Source: Oceanispirochaeta sp. (lineage in GTDB: Bacteria; Spirochaetota; Spirochaetia; DSM-2461). From it: DNA of 64,000 nucleotides. Below, piece after piece: positions 1 to 10,274 of this stretch. A model generated the notes under the pieces. It did not search any database and was not told the DNA's origin. It worked only from the letters and a program-made list of their open reading frames with translations. Position 1 is the first letter of the stretch. Each line of letters starts with the position of its first letter. A program made the translations under genes and the position numbers. The DNA lies in assembly GCA_963663385.2 (NCBI GenBank), contig CAXXXD010000002.1, forward strand, positions 704,001 through 768,000, in the 5' to 3' direction.

Positions 1-2
1 AT

Positions 3-593
3 GAGGATACTTACTATCTCGATATCTGTCCTGTTTACAGACGGATGAACGCTCTGGGTGCCGATTTCTCCTTTGCTCTGTCCAGGTTCAACTTCCGTCT
101 GGAAGGATATTACTCCTCCGATATGCCGGCTCTGAGTACGATTAGGGAGAGCGATTTCACCCGGGCGGGATCCTCCCTTATTGCGGGAGCAGCCAGCGTA
201 GAGCTGCAGACTGTAGAGAAACGGGATTTCTTCAGCTACAGTTCCGGATTTGATATCAACCTCTGGGGTAATTGCGGTACTGTTTACTGCGAATGGATGC
301 AATCCCGCTATATTGATGAAGATGATATCAATCCCCTTTTACAAAGCGATATACTAATGATTCGTATTGAGGATTCACTCTTCAATCAGGAACTGAATCT
401 ATCGGCCGGATCAATGATCCGTACCAGGGACGGTGTTCCCGGGCTGGTATTCAACCCTGAAGCGGAATACGATTTTAAAACAGGTCTCACAATCGGGATG
501 GGTGCCTATCTGTTTATGAGCAATGATGACGAGTATATTGAGATGATGGAAGATAAGGATACGGCTTATGTAAAAGTACAGTATTCATTTTAG
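3..593 (+). CDS. 3' part of a probable outer-membrane beta-barrel protein (DUF1302-like), 5'-truncated by the window
   Basis: Frame is open from position 3 (EDTYYLDICPVYRRMNALGADFS...). Amphipathic strand pattern and C-terminal aromatic signature (...AYVKVQYSF). Confidence 0.55.
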   Translation, partial: EDTYYLDICPVYRRMNALGADFSFALSRFNFRLEGYYSSDMPALSTIRESDFTRAGSSLIAGAASVELQTVEKRDFFSYSSGFDINLWGNCGTVYCEWMQSRYIDEDDINPLLQSDILMIRIEDSLFNQELNLSAGSMIRTRDGVPGLVFNPEAEYDFKTGLTIGMGAYLFMSNDDEYIEMMEDKDTAYVKVQYSF

Positions 594-598
594 AATAG

Positions 599-640
599 GA
601 CCTCAGCTCTGTTCGGATCAAATCGGGGAGAGTTGAGGTC
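599..640 (+). terminator. Stem-loop after the upstream gene
   Basis: Inverted repeat gacctcagctct...agagttgaggtc followed by AT-rich sequence. Confidence 0.55.
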
Positions 641-674
641 ATTTATTTATAGAATAAGGAAATGAAAGCCTCTA

Positions 675-713
675 TTGACATTCATATGTATCTGGTGTTA
701 GTGTTTGCTAACA
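675..713 (+). promoter_or_regulatory. Sigma70 promoter with overlapping palindromic operator (probable TetR autoregulatory site)
   Basis: TTGACA (675-680), N18, TAGTGT. Palindrome TGTTAG-N6-CTAACA (696-713) overlaps the -10. Confidence 0.6.
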
Positions 714-786
714 TCGGTTTTGAATCATTACATTATGACGATCCTTTAGTTTCAAGCGTATGTAAGTATACAGGAGTATCATTTCT

Positions 787-1380
787 ATGAAAACCAGATC
801 AAAGATTATTCAGGCGGCAACGGAGCTTTTTTCTGAACTTGGATACAGAGGTTCCACAACAAAAGCGATTGCCCAACGGGCGGGAGTCTCCGAAATGACA
901 GTGTTTCGACAGTTCGGTAATAAAATCGGTGTTCTAAAAGAAGTACAAAAAGTAATTCTTTCGAATCAATCAGAAGTAATCGATTTCAATCCCGAGACTT
1001 GCAGCGATATAATAGGCTGGCTGGGGAAAATTGCTGAAATTGAAATTCGAAATACATATGATTACGGTATGCTTGTTTTAAAGTTGATGCTGGAGGCGCA
1101 ATCCTCGGAAGAAATTATGAATTTATACAGGAGCGCTCCCAAAAGTGACGGAGCCCGAAGATTAATTGAGAATATTCAATATCTGCAGGATACCGGTACC
1201 ATCCGCAAGGATATGACCGCTTACGCTATAGGGAAACATTTTTTGAATCTGGTTTTTATGCATGTTATGGGGCGGTTGCTTTTACAGCCTGAAAGGAAAA
1301 GCAGTGTAGAAGAGCTTATCAATGATTCTGCTGTAATGATTGATATATTCTGGCGTGGAATACGGAATAATCACGCATAG
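787..1380 (+). CDS. TetR/AcrR family transcriptional regulator
   Basis: N-terminal HTH: IIQAATELFSELGYRGSTTKAIAQRAGVSEMTVFRQFGNK. Confidence 0.95.
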   Translation: MKTRSKIIQAATELFSELGYRGSTTKAIAQRAGVSEMTVFRQFGNKIGVLKEVQKVILSNQSEVIDFNPETCSDIIGWLGKIAEIEIRNTYDYGMLVLKLMLEAQSSEEIMNLYRSAPKSDGARRLIENIQYLQDTGTIRKDMTAYAIGKHFLNLVFMHVMGRLLLQPERKSSVEELINDSAVMIDIFWRGIRNNHA

Positions 1381-1389
1381 AGAGAGTCT

Positions 1390-1650
1390 GGATTGACAAC
1401 TCACATTTATAATGATAGTGTGTACTAACTAACATTTGATCGTGATATCTGGTCTGTGAAGTATGCCGGAATAATATTCCGGCCAGCTCCCGAACCTTTA
1501 TTGCGGGAAAATTGATCTTGGGCCGAATCGGGATAATTCGGATCGGAAGGTATGTCTGGTGGCAAGTACAACACTTATATATGATGTTGATGAAATCCCT
1601 CACATGGTTGAATGATATGGTTAACCGGGACATTGAAAAAAATGACGGTA
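1390..1650 (+). pseudogene. Degenerate duplicate of the 2971-3330 promoter plus TetR-like gene fragment
   Basis: Blocks shared with 2971-3330: ggattgacaact, tgatagtgtgt.ctaactaacatt, ataatattccggc, tctggtggcaagtacaaca, tgatgttgatgaa, tggttgaatgatatggttaac. Confidence 0.7.
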
Positions 1651-1668
1651 AGGATCGCCTTTTAACGA

Positions 1669-1803
1669 ATTCCTGTATTTTGAAGTTAAATTGATACAAG
1701 CCTAATCGTAGTGGAAGTGTCTACAGGACAGGAAAAAAACATCATGGGACTGCTTACCGATGGTGTGAGTAAGGTTCTGGTAATTGTAAACAAGGATACC
1801 TGA
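1669..1803 (+). pseudogene. cheW fragment
   Basis: 1690-1800 reads IDTSLIVVEVSTGQEKNIMGLLTDGVSKVLVIVNKDT*, colinear with IDTSIVVTEVSIGQDEIIMGLLTDGVNEVLVIEEKDI of the CheW at 10275-10796. Confidence 0.8.
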
Positions 1804-1947
1804 TCCTGACTTTAATTCCACCAGAATAAGATTTAATCAACCATGTGAAGAATGTTTTATGATAAGAGCGCACAAAAAGACAGTTTCAATTGGCTGCTTC
1901 TACGGTAGGAATGGCAACCTTGAGCAGTCCATAGCCCAGTTAAAGTA

Positions 1948-1976
1948 GAGAGCAGAGGCATATGCCTTTGCTTTTC
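1948..1976 (+). terminator. Stem-loop, possible terminator
   Basis: gagagcagaggc-atat-gcctttgcttttc. Confidence 0.4.
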
Positions 1977-2121
1977 AGGATAAATTCAATACCAATGCTG
2001 AACAAGCCCGTTTCCTTGCATGATGCATCATGTGGTGATGATAGATACTGGTGGGACAATTGTTAAGTCTTTGATCATCGGGCAGGGAGTTCAGCTTTGA
2101 TTTCTGTTTTTACGGAGGAAT

Positions 2122-2898
2122 ATGAACGCACAAAAGGATTTTATCGGTAAAAAAATTATCTTTGTGCATCCGCCGGATCTGGTCCGTGGTCCCCTGATGG
2201 ATCTGCTTTCAGAACTGGAGTATGAAGCGTACGTCCTCAGGTCGCACAGTAAAATCCCCGATATTTACAAAGCCTATCCCGATACTGTTTTCTTTCTGAA
2301 TATCGACACCGCTCTCAACGATACAGAGTGGCAGATCTATATCAAACATCTTAATCGGAGCTGCCCCGGAATCCTCCTGGGAATTTTTTCCTTCAGGATT
2401 TCGCAGAAGGACCTGGTACAGCACTATCTGTTGGGGCTGGGTGTCAGTTGCGGCTTTATTCAGATGAAACAGGGGGTAAAGGCTGCCGGGGAAATGATTC
2501 TGAAAGTGCTCAACGCCAACGAAGTAAAGGGGCGGAGGAAGTATCTTCGGTATCAGTGCTATCCAAAAGACCATTCTATAGTTCATTTTTTCAATGAAGG
2601 GACAGATGTCACAGGCAGAATTCAGGACATCACTTCCGTCGGCATGTCCTGCCGGATGGCCTCCTCCGTCAGCCTGGTTAAAAACCAGCTGGTGAAGAAT
2701 ATGCAGCTGCGTCTGAAAGGGGTAATTGTCAGATGTGATGCCGTACTGATGGGGAAAAAGGCCATCAATGGTCAGGACGCTCTTTATGTCTTTCTGTTCC
2801 GCATGGAGTCGCAGGACAAAATGAAAAGCCGTATCCGTTCCTATATATACGGTGCGTTGCAAAGGCAGCTGAATCATGATTTTGGACTGGCGGAATAA
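2122..2898 (+). CDS. PilZ-domain (c-di-GMP receptor) protein
   Basis: RxxxR motif (RRKYLR) followed by DITSVG (DxS/TxxG) in the C-terminal half. RBS ggagga. Confidence 0.75.
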   Translation: MNAQKDFIGKKIIFVHPPDLVRGPLMDLLSELEYEAYVLRSHSKIPDIYKAYPDTVFFLNIDTALNDTEWQIYIKHLNRSCPGILLGIFSFRISQKDLVQHYLLGLGVSCGFIQMKQGVKAAGEMILKVLNANEVKGRRKYLRYQCYPKDHSIVHFFNEGTDVTGRIQDITSVGMSCRMASSVSLVKNQLVKNMQLRLKGVIVRCDAVLMGKKAINGQDALYVFLFRMESQDKMKSRIRSYIYGALQRQLNHDFGLAE

Positions 2899-2973
2899 TA
2901 TTGCTATATTGCCATATTGCTGAGCGTTTATCCAAAAGTAAAGATTTATTTACATAATTTGATAGTGACCGGA

Positions 2974-3017
2974 TTGACAACTAATAATTGATATGATAGT
3001 GTGTGCTAACTAACATT
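2974..3017 (+). promoter_or_regulatory. Sigma70 promoter with TetR-operator-like motif
   Basis: TTGACA-N17-TAGTGT with extended -10 TG, followed by GTGCTAACTAACA. Same architecture at 675 and 1393. Confidence 0.55.
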
Positions 3018-3119
3018 TTATCTGGAAGATTCAGTTTGTAAAGTATGTTCATAATATTCCGGCTGGCTCCTGTAACTTTGTACTAATTTAAATGATCTTG
3101 CTCCAAAAGGACAATATTT

Positions 3120-3650
3120 ATGGGAGGGATTAAAAAGTCGGTAATATTGCTTATATCAAATTTTCTAATAAAAAGTTTACTGTATTGGGGAAATTGGAAT
3201 AATACGGATTGTAAGGAGTTTCTGGTGGCAAGTACAACATTTTTATCTAATACTGATGTTGATGAAGCAGCTGTAGATGAGTCTCTTATCTGGTTGAATG
3301 ATATGGTTAACTGGGAGATTGAAAGAATTGTCCGTCAGGGAAGGGACATAATCGATGCTGCTTTTGAAATGGAGAATGTTATTGTTCTTTTCCGTTATTG
3401 CAGATTATCCTCAGAGAAAATCCCTCTTATGATCACAAATAAACTCATATCTTTGCAAAATGGTAAAGTTATACGAAATGATCTGGATATTACTCATACT
3501 ATTGAAGTCTTCAGGCGCATGATAGAGACTCATCTGGTCACACTGTTTCTATATGAGGATCTGGACTCTTTCGATATGAATAAGTCCCGCCGGGATGTTC
3601 AGGATTATATTAGGATCTTCTGGCAGGGGTTGGAGCCGGATTATGTTTGA
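3120..3650 (+). CDS. TetR paralogue lacking an intact HTH (C-terminal ligand/dimerisation domain only)
   Basis: Colinear with the 787-1380 C-terminus: WLNDMVNWEIE vs WLGKIAEIEI, LQNGKVIRNDL vs LQDTGTIRKDM, IRIFWQGL vs IDIFWRGI. No AGVS..T.F..F HTH motif. Confidence 0.55.
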   Translation: MGGIKKSVILLISNFLIKSLLYWGNWNNTDCKEFLVASTTFLSNTDVDEAAVDESLIWLNDMVNWEIERIVRQGRDIIDAAFEMENVIVLFRYCRLSSEKIPLMITNKLISLQNGKVIRNDLDITHTIEVFRRMIETHLVTLFLYEDLDSFDMNKSRRDVQDYIRIFWQGLEPDYV

Positions 3651-5019
3651 TAAGGGTAGAGGTTGGAAAAGAAATATTTTATGCTTTCTTAAAAACAGAG
3701 GGCTGGGATATCTCATTATTTTACTGTTTTACCAGTGCAGGCTGAAGAGTGTTTTAAAAAACAGAATCTTCTGCGGAAAGCCGATAAAGGATAATCCGGT
3801 ATTTTACCGTTTTTATATTGTAGAAGTGGATCTTTCGGGCTTCCTTCTGCGTTCCCGCACTTCGCATAACACTGCAATGTATATGAATTATAGGTATCTG
3901 ATGCAGGTTCTGCTTGAACGGCTGAGGCGTTGGAGCAGGTTCAAGGCGTCTCTCTTTTTCTCTCATCCAAACCGTATAATATTTATAACTCCGAATTACT
4001 CTTCCAATCTATATCAGGATAATGATTTATGCTCTGTGCTGGAGCCCCCTGTCCATTGTGATAAGGGGTTTGTCCAAATTCCTATCTTCCGTATCGGTTC
4101 CAGTGTTATCCCTTCTGGGAGGAAAAATGTCAGGAACGCCTGGCGTGAAGCGGAAGTCGCTCTTCAAATGTGTCAGTTAAGGAGTCCGAATGTCCTGGTA
4201 TATAACGAATCTATAAATAAAGCTTATAAAAAAAGGCTGTTTGTGTTATCTCATTTTGAGCTATCCCTGCAAAACTCAGAAATTTCAGTGAATTTTCAGC
4301 CTTTATGCGATAAAGATGGTATTTTACTGGGGTTTGAAGCATTGGCGCGTTGGCATTCGCGTGAGTTTGGCATGATAGCACCCGATGAATTCATTCCTCT
4401 GCTTGAACGATATGGCCAAATATCAAAATTGACGGAGTTTATGCTTAAACAGGCCGATTCTTTTTTATCTGCCGGCAGTTCCGTACAGTCTTCCGGGTTT
4501 TTTGTTTCGGTAAATATTTCGCCCTATGAATTGTTGCGCCTTGACTGTGTTGAACGAATCCGATTGCTTTTACAGAGAGGTGTTATCCGGTCCCGGGACA
4601 TTGTCCTGGAAATAACGGAATCCCGGTATATCAGTGAGAATCAGCAGGTTCAGCAATCCATTAGGGAATTGAGAAGCATGGGGTTTCAAATTTGTCTGGA
4701 CGATTTCGGAACAGGTTATTCCAATCTATCCTTAATCAGAGATCTTCCACTTAAACATATCAAGCTTGATAAAAGTTTTCTAAAGAGAATTCCGGATGAT
4801 GAATATTCTCTAAGAATATTGGAGGCGGTCATTAATTTTTCCTCCGCTATTAATAAAACCCTTGTTGTTGAAGGGGTTGAAGAGAAATCCTATGTAGATC
4901 TCCTAGCCAGGATGGGGTGTCGTGTCTTTCAGGGATATTACTTTTCAAAGCCTGTTTCTTTTGAAAATGCCTTGGCATTGATAAATCATTCTTCGGCAAG
5001 AATGGAGGTGACCGTTTGA
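3643..5019 (+). CDS. EAL-domain c-di-GMP phosphodiesterase with degenerate upstream GGDEF-like region
   Basis: FEALARW, SVNISP, LEITES, LDDFGTGYS, IKLDKSF, EGVE and QGYYFSKP are all intact. ATG at 3643 overlaps the upstream stop. Confidence 0.9.
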   Translation: MFDKGRGWKRNILCFLKNRGLGYLIILLFYQCRLKSVLKNRIFCGKPIKDNPVFYRFYIVEVDLSGFLLRSRTSHNTAMYMNYRYLMQVLLERLRRWSRFKASLFFSHPNRIIFITPNYSSNLYQDNDLCSVLEPPVHCDKGFVQIPIFRIGSSVIPSGRKNVRNAWREAEVALQMCQLRSPNVLVYNESINKAYKKRLFVLSHFELSLQNSEISVNFQPLCDKDGILLGFEALARWHSREFGMIAPDEFIPLLERYGQISKLTEFMLKQADSFLSAGSSVQSSGFFVSVNISPYELLRLDCVERIRLLLQRGVIRSRDIVLEITESRYISENQQVQQSIRELRSMGFQICLDDFGTGYSNLSLIRDLPLKHIKLDKSFLKRIPDDEYSLRILEAVINFSSAINKTLVVEGVEEKSYVDLLARMGCRVFQGYYFSKPVSFENALALINHSSARMEVTV

Positions 5020-5202
5020 TGGTTGGCACTAAAAAGAAGGGGTTGGTAAGAGGGCCGTTCCGGAATCTTTTGAAATTTAGCAAAAAGGTATCTTATGCGG
5101 GGATAGCAATATATCTAGCTGTTATGTATCCCTATTCTCTTGAGGGTTTATATGATAATCGAATGACGTTATGCGAATTATAAATATATACAAGGATTTA
5201 TC

Positions 5203-5760
5203 ATGAATGATCTGGATTTAGAAAAGGTTCAGGAGCCTGTAAATGAAATTATGGAAATGGATCAATATTTGACATTCACCCTCGATCGGGAACTGTACGC
5301 TGTAAATGTAATGAATATACAGGAAGTTCTGGAGTATCAGAGTATTTCCAGAGTACCGGGAATGCCGGAGTATATGATGGGTATCATTAATTTGAGGGGG
5401 AGTGTCGTTCCCGTATTTGATCTGAAGTTGGAACTTGGTTTAGGCAAAACAGAGAGGACAACAGAAACGGGTATCATTGTTGCCGAGTTACAGCTTGATA
5501 AGACTCTGATCGAGATTGGGCTGTTAGCGGATTCTGTCCATGAAGTTGTTGAACTGCGCAATGAAGATATGGAGCAGGCTCCGAATATTGGCATAAACAT
5601 AGATACTTCATTTATCAGGGGGATGGGGAAACAAAAGGACGATTTTATTCTTATCCTTGATGTCAGAAATGTGCTTTCCAATCAGAAGATAACCTCATAT
5701 AAAAGCGGAGAAATCGGCCTGACGGAATGTGAAAGTGCTCATTGTGGTATTGGTTGCTGA
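5203..5760 (+). CDS. cheW: Chemotaxis coupling protein CheW
   Basis: QYLTFTLDRELYAV, GIINLRGSVVPVFDL, GLLADSVHEV motifs. Confidence 0.95.
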   Translation: MNDLDLEKVQEPVNEIMEMDQYLTFTLDRELYAVNVMNIQEVLEYQSISRVPGMPEYMMGIINLRGSVVPVFDLKLELGLGKTERTTETGIIVAELQLDKTLIEIGLLADSVHEVVELRNEDMEQAPNIGINIDTSFIRGMGKQKDDFILILDVRNVLSNQKITSYKSGEIGLTECESAHCGIGC

Positions 5761-5864
5761 TGATTCGAAGGTTCTTCGAGAAGTGTAGGGTACCGTATGT
5801 TACCAATACTTTTTCAGGAATACTTTAATACGGAAGAATTGGTCTCTGGAGGAACCTAAGAGGA

Positions 5865-6146
5865 ATGGAAAACGCGCCTTGCGGACTGGATTGTTCAAAA
5901 TGTGAATTTTACAGGGAGAATATCAGAAAGAAAAAAAGGTATAAGATCTCCAGAAACTGGAACATTCCATTTGATTCCGTCCTATGTCCGGGATGTAAAG
6001 TTCGAAGCCGGCAGTACTTTCTCGACAGCTCAAGACACCTGTGCATTATTAAGGCATGTCTGCAGGAGAGAAACATCAAATCCTGTTTGGAATGTTCATT
6101 GTTTCCGTGTTTTCTTACCCCCCCGGAGTGTCGCAGGTCATGCTAG
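5865..6146 (+). CDS. Small Cys-rich protein (DUF3795-like)
   Basis: APCGLDCSKC...CPGC...C..KAC...SCLECSLFPC cysteine pattern. RBS agagga. Confidence 0.75.
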   Translation: MENAPCGLDCSKCEFYRENIRKKKRYKISRNWNIPFDSVLCPGCKVRSRQYFLDSSRHLCIIKACLQERNIKSCLECSLFPCFLTPPECRRSC

Positions 6147-6234
6147 ATCCTCCCCTTTTCGCCTGCAGTCACTTTAAGTATGCTGGAAATTTTGGAGAGT
6201 AAATCTCCTGAAAATAATTATCGAGGTTAGTTGT

Positions 6235-8208
6235 ATGTTAGGTAGATCATTAAGGAAAGACAGGTTTTATGGAATCGGTTTTAAAATATCATTTATGTTC
6301 AGTCTGCTGGCCGTCATTCTGATTGTGTTGATGTCCTTCTCATCCTACAGGGAGGAGAAGAGGTCGCTAAGCAGTCAGATATTTACTAAACTGGAACTGA
6401 TGGTTTCCAATGGGGTGGGGGAAGTTAATGGGTGGTTTATGCAGCGTAAGGAAATTATCGATTGTACCGCTCAAATGTACAATAGTCTGGATACTTTGAA
6501 TTCTTTACTCTCTTTTCCCCCTAATGAGAATCCCCTTCTGATTCTGGGAGAGACTACTTCCGGACTGAAATCCCTCTATATGGCAACGGCTGAAAAAAAG
6601 TTTTATACCGGTTCCGGCTGGCTGGCACCGGATGATTACGATCCCACAGGCCGGCCCTGGTATAAAGGAGCCGTAGAGGCGGGAGAAACGGTACTTTCAG
6701 ATTTTTATATAGATGCCAATACGAAAAAACCGGCCATTTCAATATCGGCCCCTTTGATTACCGAAGAGAACGAAATACTGGGGTGCATCAGCAGGGACAT
6801 TTTTGTCGACGATATCCTGAACTGGGTTCAGGAAAATCAGGAGGAGGGGATCCGGATTGGAATTCAGGATAGAAACGGGACAGTTCTGGTTCACCCCGAA
6901 CCCGAAATGATCGGAACGAATATCCTGGAGCATCCCCAGCTTAAAGACCTGTTTCAGACAGTTTACAGGGAAAAGGCGGGGTATCAGTTCTACTCCTTTG
7001 AGGGTAAGGAAAAACTTATGTTCTATGATCAGATACCGTTGACGGGGTGGCAGATTGTCTACTTTGTTGATTTGAAGATTTTAAATGCTCCCCTGGCCAA
7101 GTTGAAATTACGCTTTTTAATCTTTACCTTCGGGACGATCGGTATTTTCATCCTGTTGTCCATTTTTATAGCCCGGCATTTTTCCGTTAGAATCAATGCC
7201 GTATCGGATAACCTGAAGACAATTTCGGAAGGGGATATGGTGCTGAATATCGATCCTGATTATTACAGGGTCCGGGATGAAATCGGCCGTCTTTCCCTGA
7301 GTTTGAGAAATATGGTCCTCCAGCTCAGCAAAATGGTGGGGAACGTTGATACAAGTGCCGGCAAGGTGGCACTGGGCAGCAGTCAGGTACGGGAGAATGC
7401 TCAGAAGATCAGTACGGGAGCCTCTCAACAGGCATCTCTGGCGGAGGAAGTTTCCAGTTCCATAGAGCAGATGAGCGCCAATATACAGCAGAACTCCAGT
7501 AATGCCCAGAGAACGGGAACCATTGCCAATAATGCTGCTATTGATGCCCAGGACAGCGGGATGGCAGTTGAAAAAGCCGTAACGGCTATGAAGCAGATAG
7601 TAGAAAAAATTACGATTGTTGAGGAGATTGCCCGGCAAACGAATATGCTGGCCCTTAATGCGGCCATAGAAGCCGCCAGAGCGGGAGAGCATGGCAAGGG
7701 TTTTGCTGTCGTTGCATCCGAGGTTCGTAAACTGGCGGAGCGCAGTCAGACGGCAGCGGGAGAAATTACAACTCTTTCCATGACGACGGTTAATGCGGCT
7801 ACAAGTGCTGGAGAGATGCTGAACAAGCTTGTGCCGGATATAAAGAAGACAGCGGAACTGGTTCAGGAAATCAGTACTGCATCGCAGGAGCAGAGCGAGG
7901 GAGTTGAGCAGATCAGCAGTGCCATCCTGGAGCTGAGCAGTATCATTCAGCTGAATGCGACAAGCTCGGAGGAAATGGCCGGAACATCCGATTTACTGGC
8001 TGGGCATTCTGATGATCTGAGAACTCTTATTGCTTCTTTTACTATAGACAAGAAGGAGGTGGAATCCAGAATGATCTCCGCACCTTCCGGTAATTCAGGA
8101 GAGATGAACGAGGTCTCTTCAATCGGGAGCATGGTATCGGCGTCTTTGCGGCAATCTACGGCAACCGCTGTTATCGGAACGGATGATGAGGAGTTCGAGC
8201 AGTATTGA
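6235..8208 (+). CDS. Methyl-accepting chemotaxis protein with dCache sensor and HAMP domain
   Basis: Two TM segments, [11 protein letters not shown]ache motif, [51 protein letters not shown] hairpin, C-terminal DEEFEQY pentapeptide-like tail. Confidence 0.95.
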   Translation: MLGRSLRKDRFYGIGFKISFMFSLLAVILIVLMSFSSYREEKRSLSSQIFTKLELMVSNGVGEVNGWFMQRKEIIDCTAQMYNSLDTLNSLLSFPPNENPLLILGETTSGLKSLYMATAEKKFYTGSGWLAPDDYDPTGRPWYKGAVEAGETVLSDFYIDANTKKPAISISAPLITEENEILGCISRDIFVDDILNWVQENQEEGIRIGIQDRNGTVLVHPEPEMIGTNILEHPQLKDLFQTVYREKAGYQFYSFEGKEKLMFYDQIPLTGWQIVYFVDLKILNAPLAKLKLRFLIFTFGTIGIFILLSIFIARHFSVRINAVSDNLKTISEGDMVLNIDPDYYRVRDEIGRLSLSLRNMVLQLSKMVGNVDTSAGKVALGSSQVRENAQKISTGASQQASLAEEVSSSIEQMSANIQQNSSNAQRTGTIANNAAIDAQDSGMAVEKAVTAMKQIVEKITIVEEIARQTNMLALNAAIEAARAGEHGKGFAVVASEVRKLAERSQTAAGEITTLSMTTVNAATSAGEMLNKLVPDIKKTAELVQEISTASQEQSEGVEQISSAILELSSIIQLNATSSEEMAGTSDLLAGHSDDLRTLIASFTIDKKEVESRMISAPSGNSGEMNEVSSIGSMVSASLRQSTATAVIGTDDEEFEQY

Positions 8209-8428
8209 GCCATAGTACAAGAGGATACTTCTCCAAGTGGATTTGAGAGCTGAGTGGTTATGAATCTTTAAGATATAAATAATCATTAAGATCATTCGAA
8301 TCCGGTTCTATACATTCTGTTTTATTTATGTATGCGGCTGCATGGTACGTTGTAAAAGCTGGTTATACCAGATCAACAGTAAGTGTCTTTTGAGCTTCTG
8401 GTTGACTTGTTTTAGGAGTCTGGAATAT

Positions 8429-10256
8429 ATGAAAAAAATCAATGACTATAAAATCGGGACAAGATTGGTTATGATCTTTTCGGCTGTGGCACTGATCATG
8501 GTAGGGGCGCTTGTTCTCTTTGTAGGGCAGAGGGTCTCTCATCTGGCTGAACATAATGCCTTGGATGTTTCTGAATCGGTGGTCAATGAGTATACTCTCT
8601 GCACAGAACAGATCATGAAAAGGGTTTTGTCTGTTAGCCAGGCATTGGCAAGCACTGCCGAAGCATTTATGCATGATGAAAATACCTCTCATACCAGAGT
8701 AGAGGCTGATAATATCCTTATCAGAACACAGGAAAACAATCCTGAGTTGTTAGGAGTTTATTATCTTTTTGAGCCTGATCAGTTTGATGGAAGAAATGTT
8801 ATCTGTCGTCCCTTTGAGTATAATGCTAATGGGGAACAGGTTCTCATGATAGATCTTGTAGTTCCTATCCGTAATAGCAGGGGAGATTTCATCGGAATCG
8901 CGGGCTGTGACATTTCAATAAAAACCCTTGATCAGGCTATCAGCAGCATCTTACCTTTCAAGGAATCAGGCTTCCTGACGGTGTTTGCTCAGGACGGAAC
9001 GATTATGGGAGGAGCAGGGAGTCAGTTCACAGGACAGAACATTTTGGACCTACCGGGAATCCCGCAAATTACTCTGGCTGGTATATTTAGTAAAGAGGAT
9101 TACTCCTTCGAAACCTATGATGATTTTCTCAAAGAAGATTTTCTGATCTACGGCTCCCACTTCGCGGTACAGGGAACGGATTATATAACTACTGTTCAGG
9201 CCAATATTCCCACATCCGTCATATATGAGGAATCAAGATCGATTGTTACTGTTGTAACCCTGCTGGGCATAGCTGCTCTGGCCGTCATTATTCTTGTCAT
9301 ATTTTTCTTTGCCCGGCAACTGAATCTGGGAGTGGATTTTGCCAGTGAGATGGCCGAAGGGAATCTTGCGGCCCGCTTCGAAATCGATCAGAAGGATGAG
9401 ATCGGGTTGCTTGCCTCTGCATTGACCTCAATGGCAGACCAGTTAAAGAAAATTGTATCGGATATCAGAGCTGCCTCGGGCAATGTCGCTACCGGCAGCG
9501 GCCAGATCAGCTCCACCTCCCCGGAGTTAAGCCAGGGGGCAAGCAAGCGAACAGGCTGCCAGTACAGAGGAGGTTTCGGCCTCTATCGAACAGATGACCA
9601 GCAATATCGAACAGATGACCAGCAATATCGAACAGATGACCAGCAATATCGAACAGAACTCGGAGAACGCTTCCAAAACAGAAAAAATCGCTCAAAAAGC
9701 CGCCCGGGCCGGAGAGGCCGGCAGGGGATTTGCCGTGGTGGCCAGTGAAGTCCGGAAACTGGCGGAGCGGAGCCAGACAGCCGCGGCGGAAATCATGGAT
9801 CTGTCCCGGGACAGTATGAAGGTGGCCGAAAATGCCGGGACTTTGCTGGACCGGATCATCCCCGATATACAGCATACTGCCGAACTGGTGCAGGGTATCT
9901 CGGCAGCCAGTGCTGAACAGAGAAGCGGTGTCCAGCAGATTAACGCGGCTGTCTTCCAGCTGGATAAGGTGGTCCAGGTCAACGCCTCCTCCTCGGAGGA
10001 ACTGGCGTCCATGTCGGAGGAGCTCTCCTCCCAATCAGATCAGATGATCAGTACCATGGCGTTTTTCAGGGTTGATCAGGAGGCCCGGAAGGTGATTGAA
10101 GATAAAACGAGAACCTTCAATACCGGAAGGAAAATAGAAGAAGGGATCTCAACGCTGAGCAGAGGAGAAACAAATCAATTGATTGCGAATACCATTTCCC
10201 AGACTTCCGAAAGGGCCAAAGTATCAGGCGGAGAAGATGAGTTCGAAGAATTTTAA
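8429..10256 (+). pseudogene. Frameshifted, internally deleted methyl-accepting chemotaxis protein
   Basis: N-terminal half (TM-Cache-TM-HAMP) and signalling half are in different frames because of an AAGC duplication at 9541-9548. The ...[15 protein letters not shown]... segment is missing at about 9700. Confidence 0.85.
9585..9657 (+). repeat. 21-bp tandem repeat, 3.5 copies (IEQMTSN heptad)
   Basis: atcgaacagatgaccagcaat at 9585, 9606 and 9627, plus partial atcgaacaga at 9648. Confidence 0.95.
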
Positions 10257-10274
10257 AAAAGAAAGGCAATTAAT

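Noticed and set aside
9585..9657. 21-bp direct repeats as a CRISPR array
   Set aside because: No spacers, in-frame inside an MCP coding region, and no cas genes nearby.
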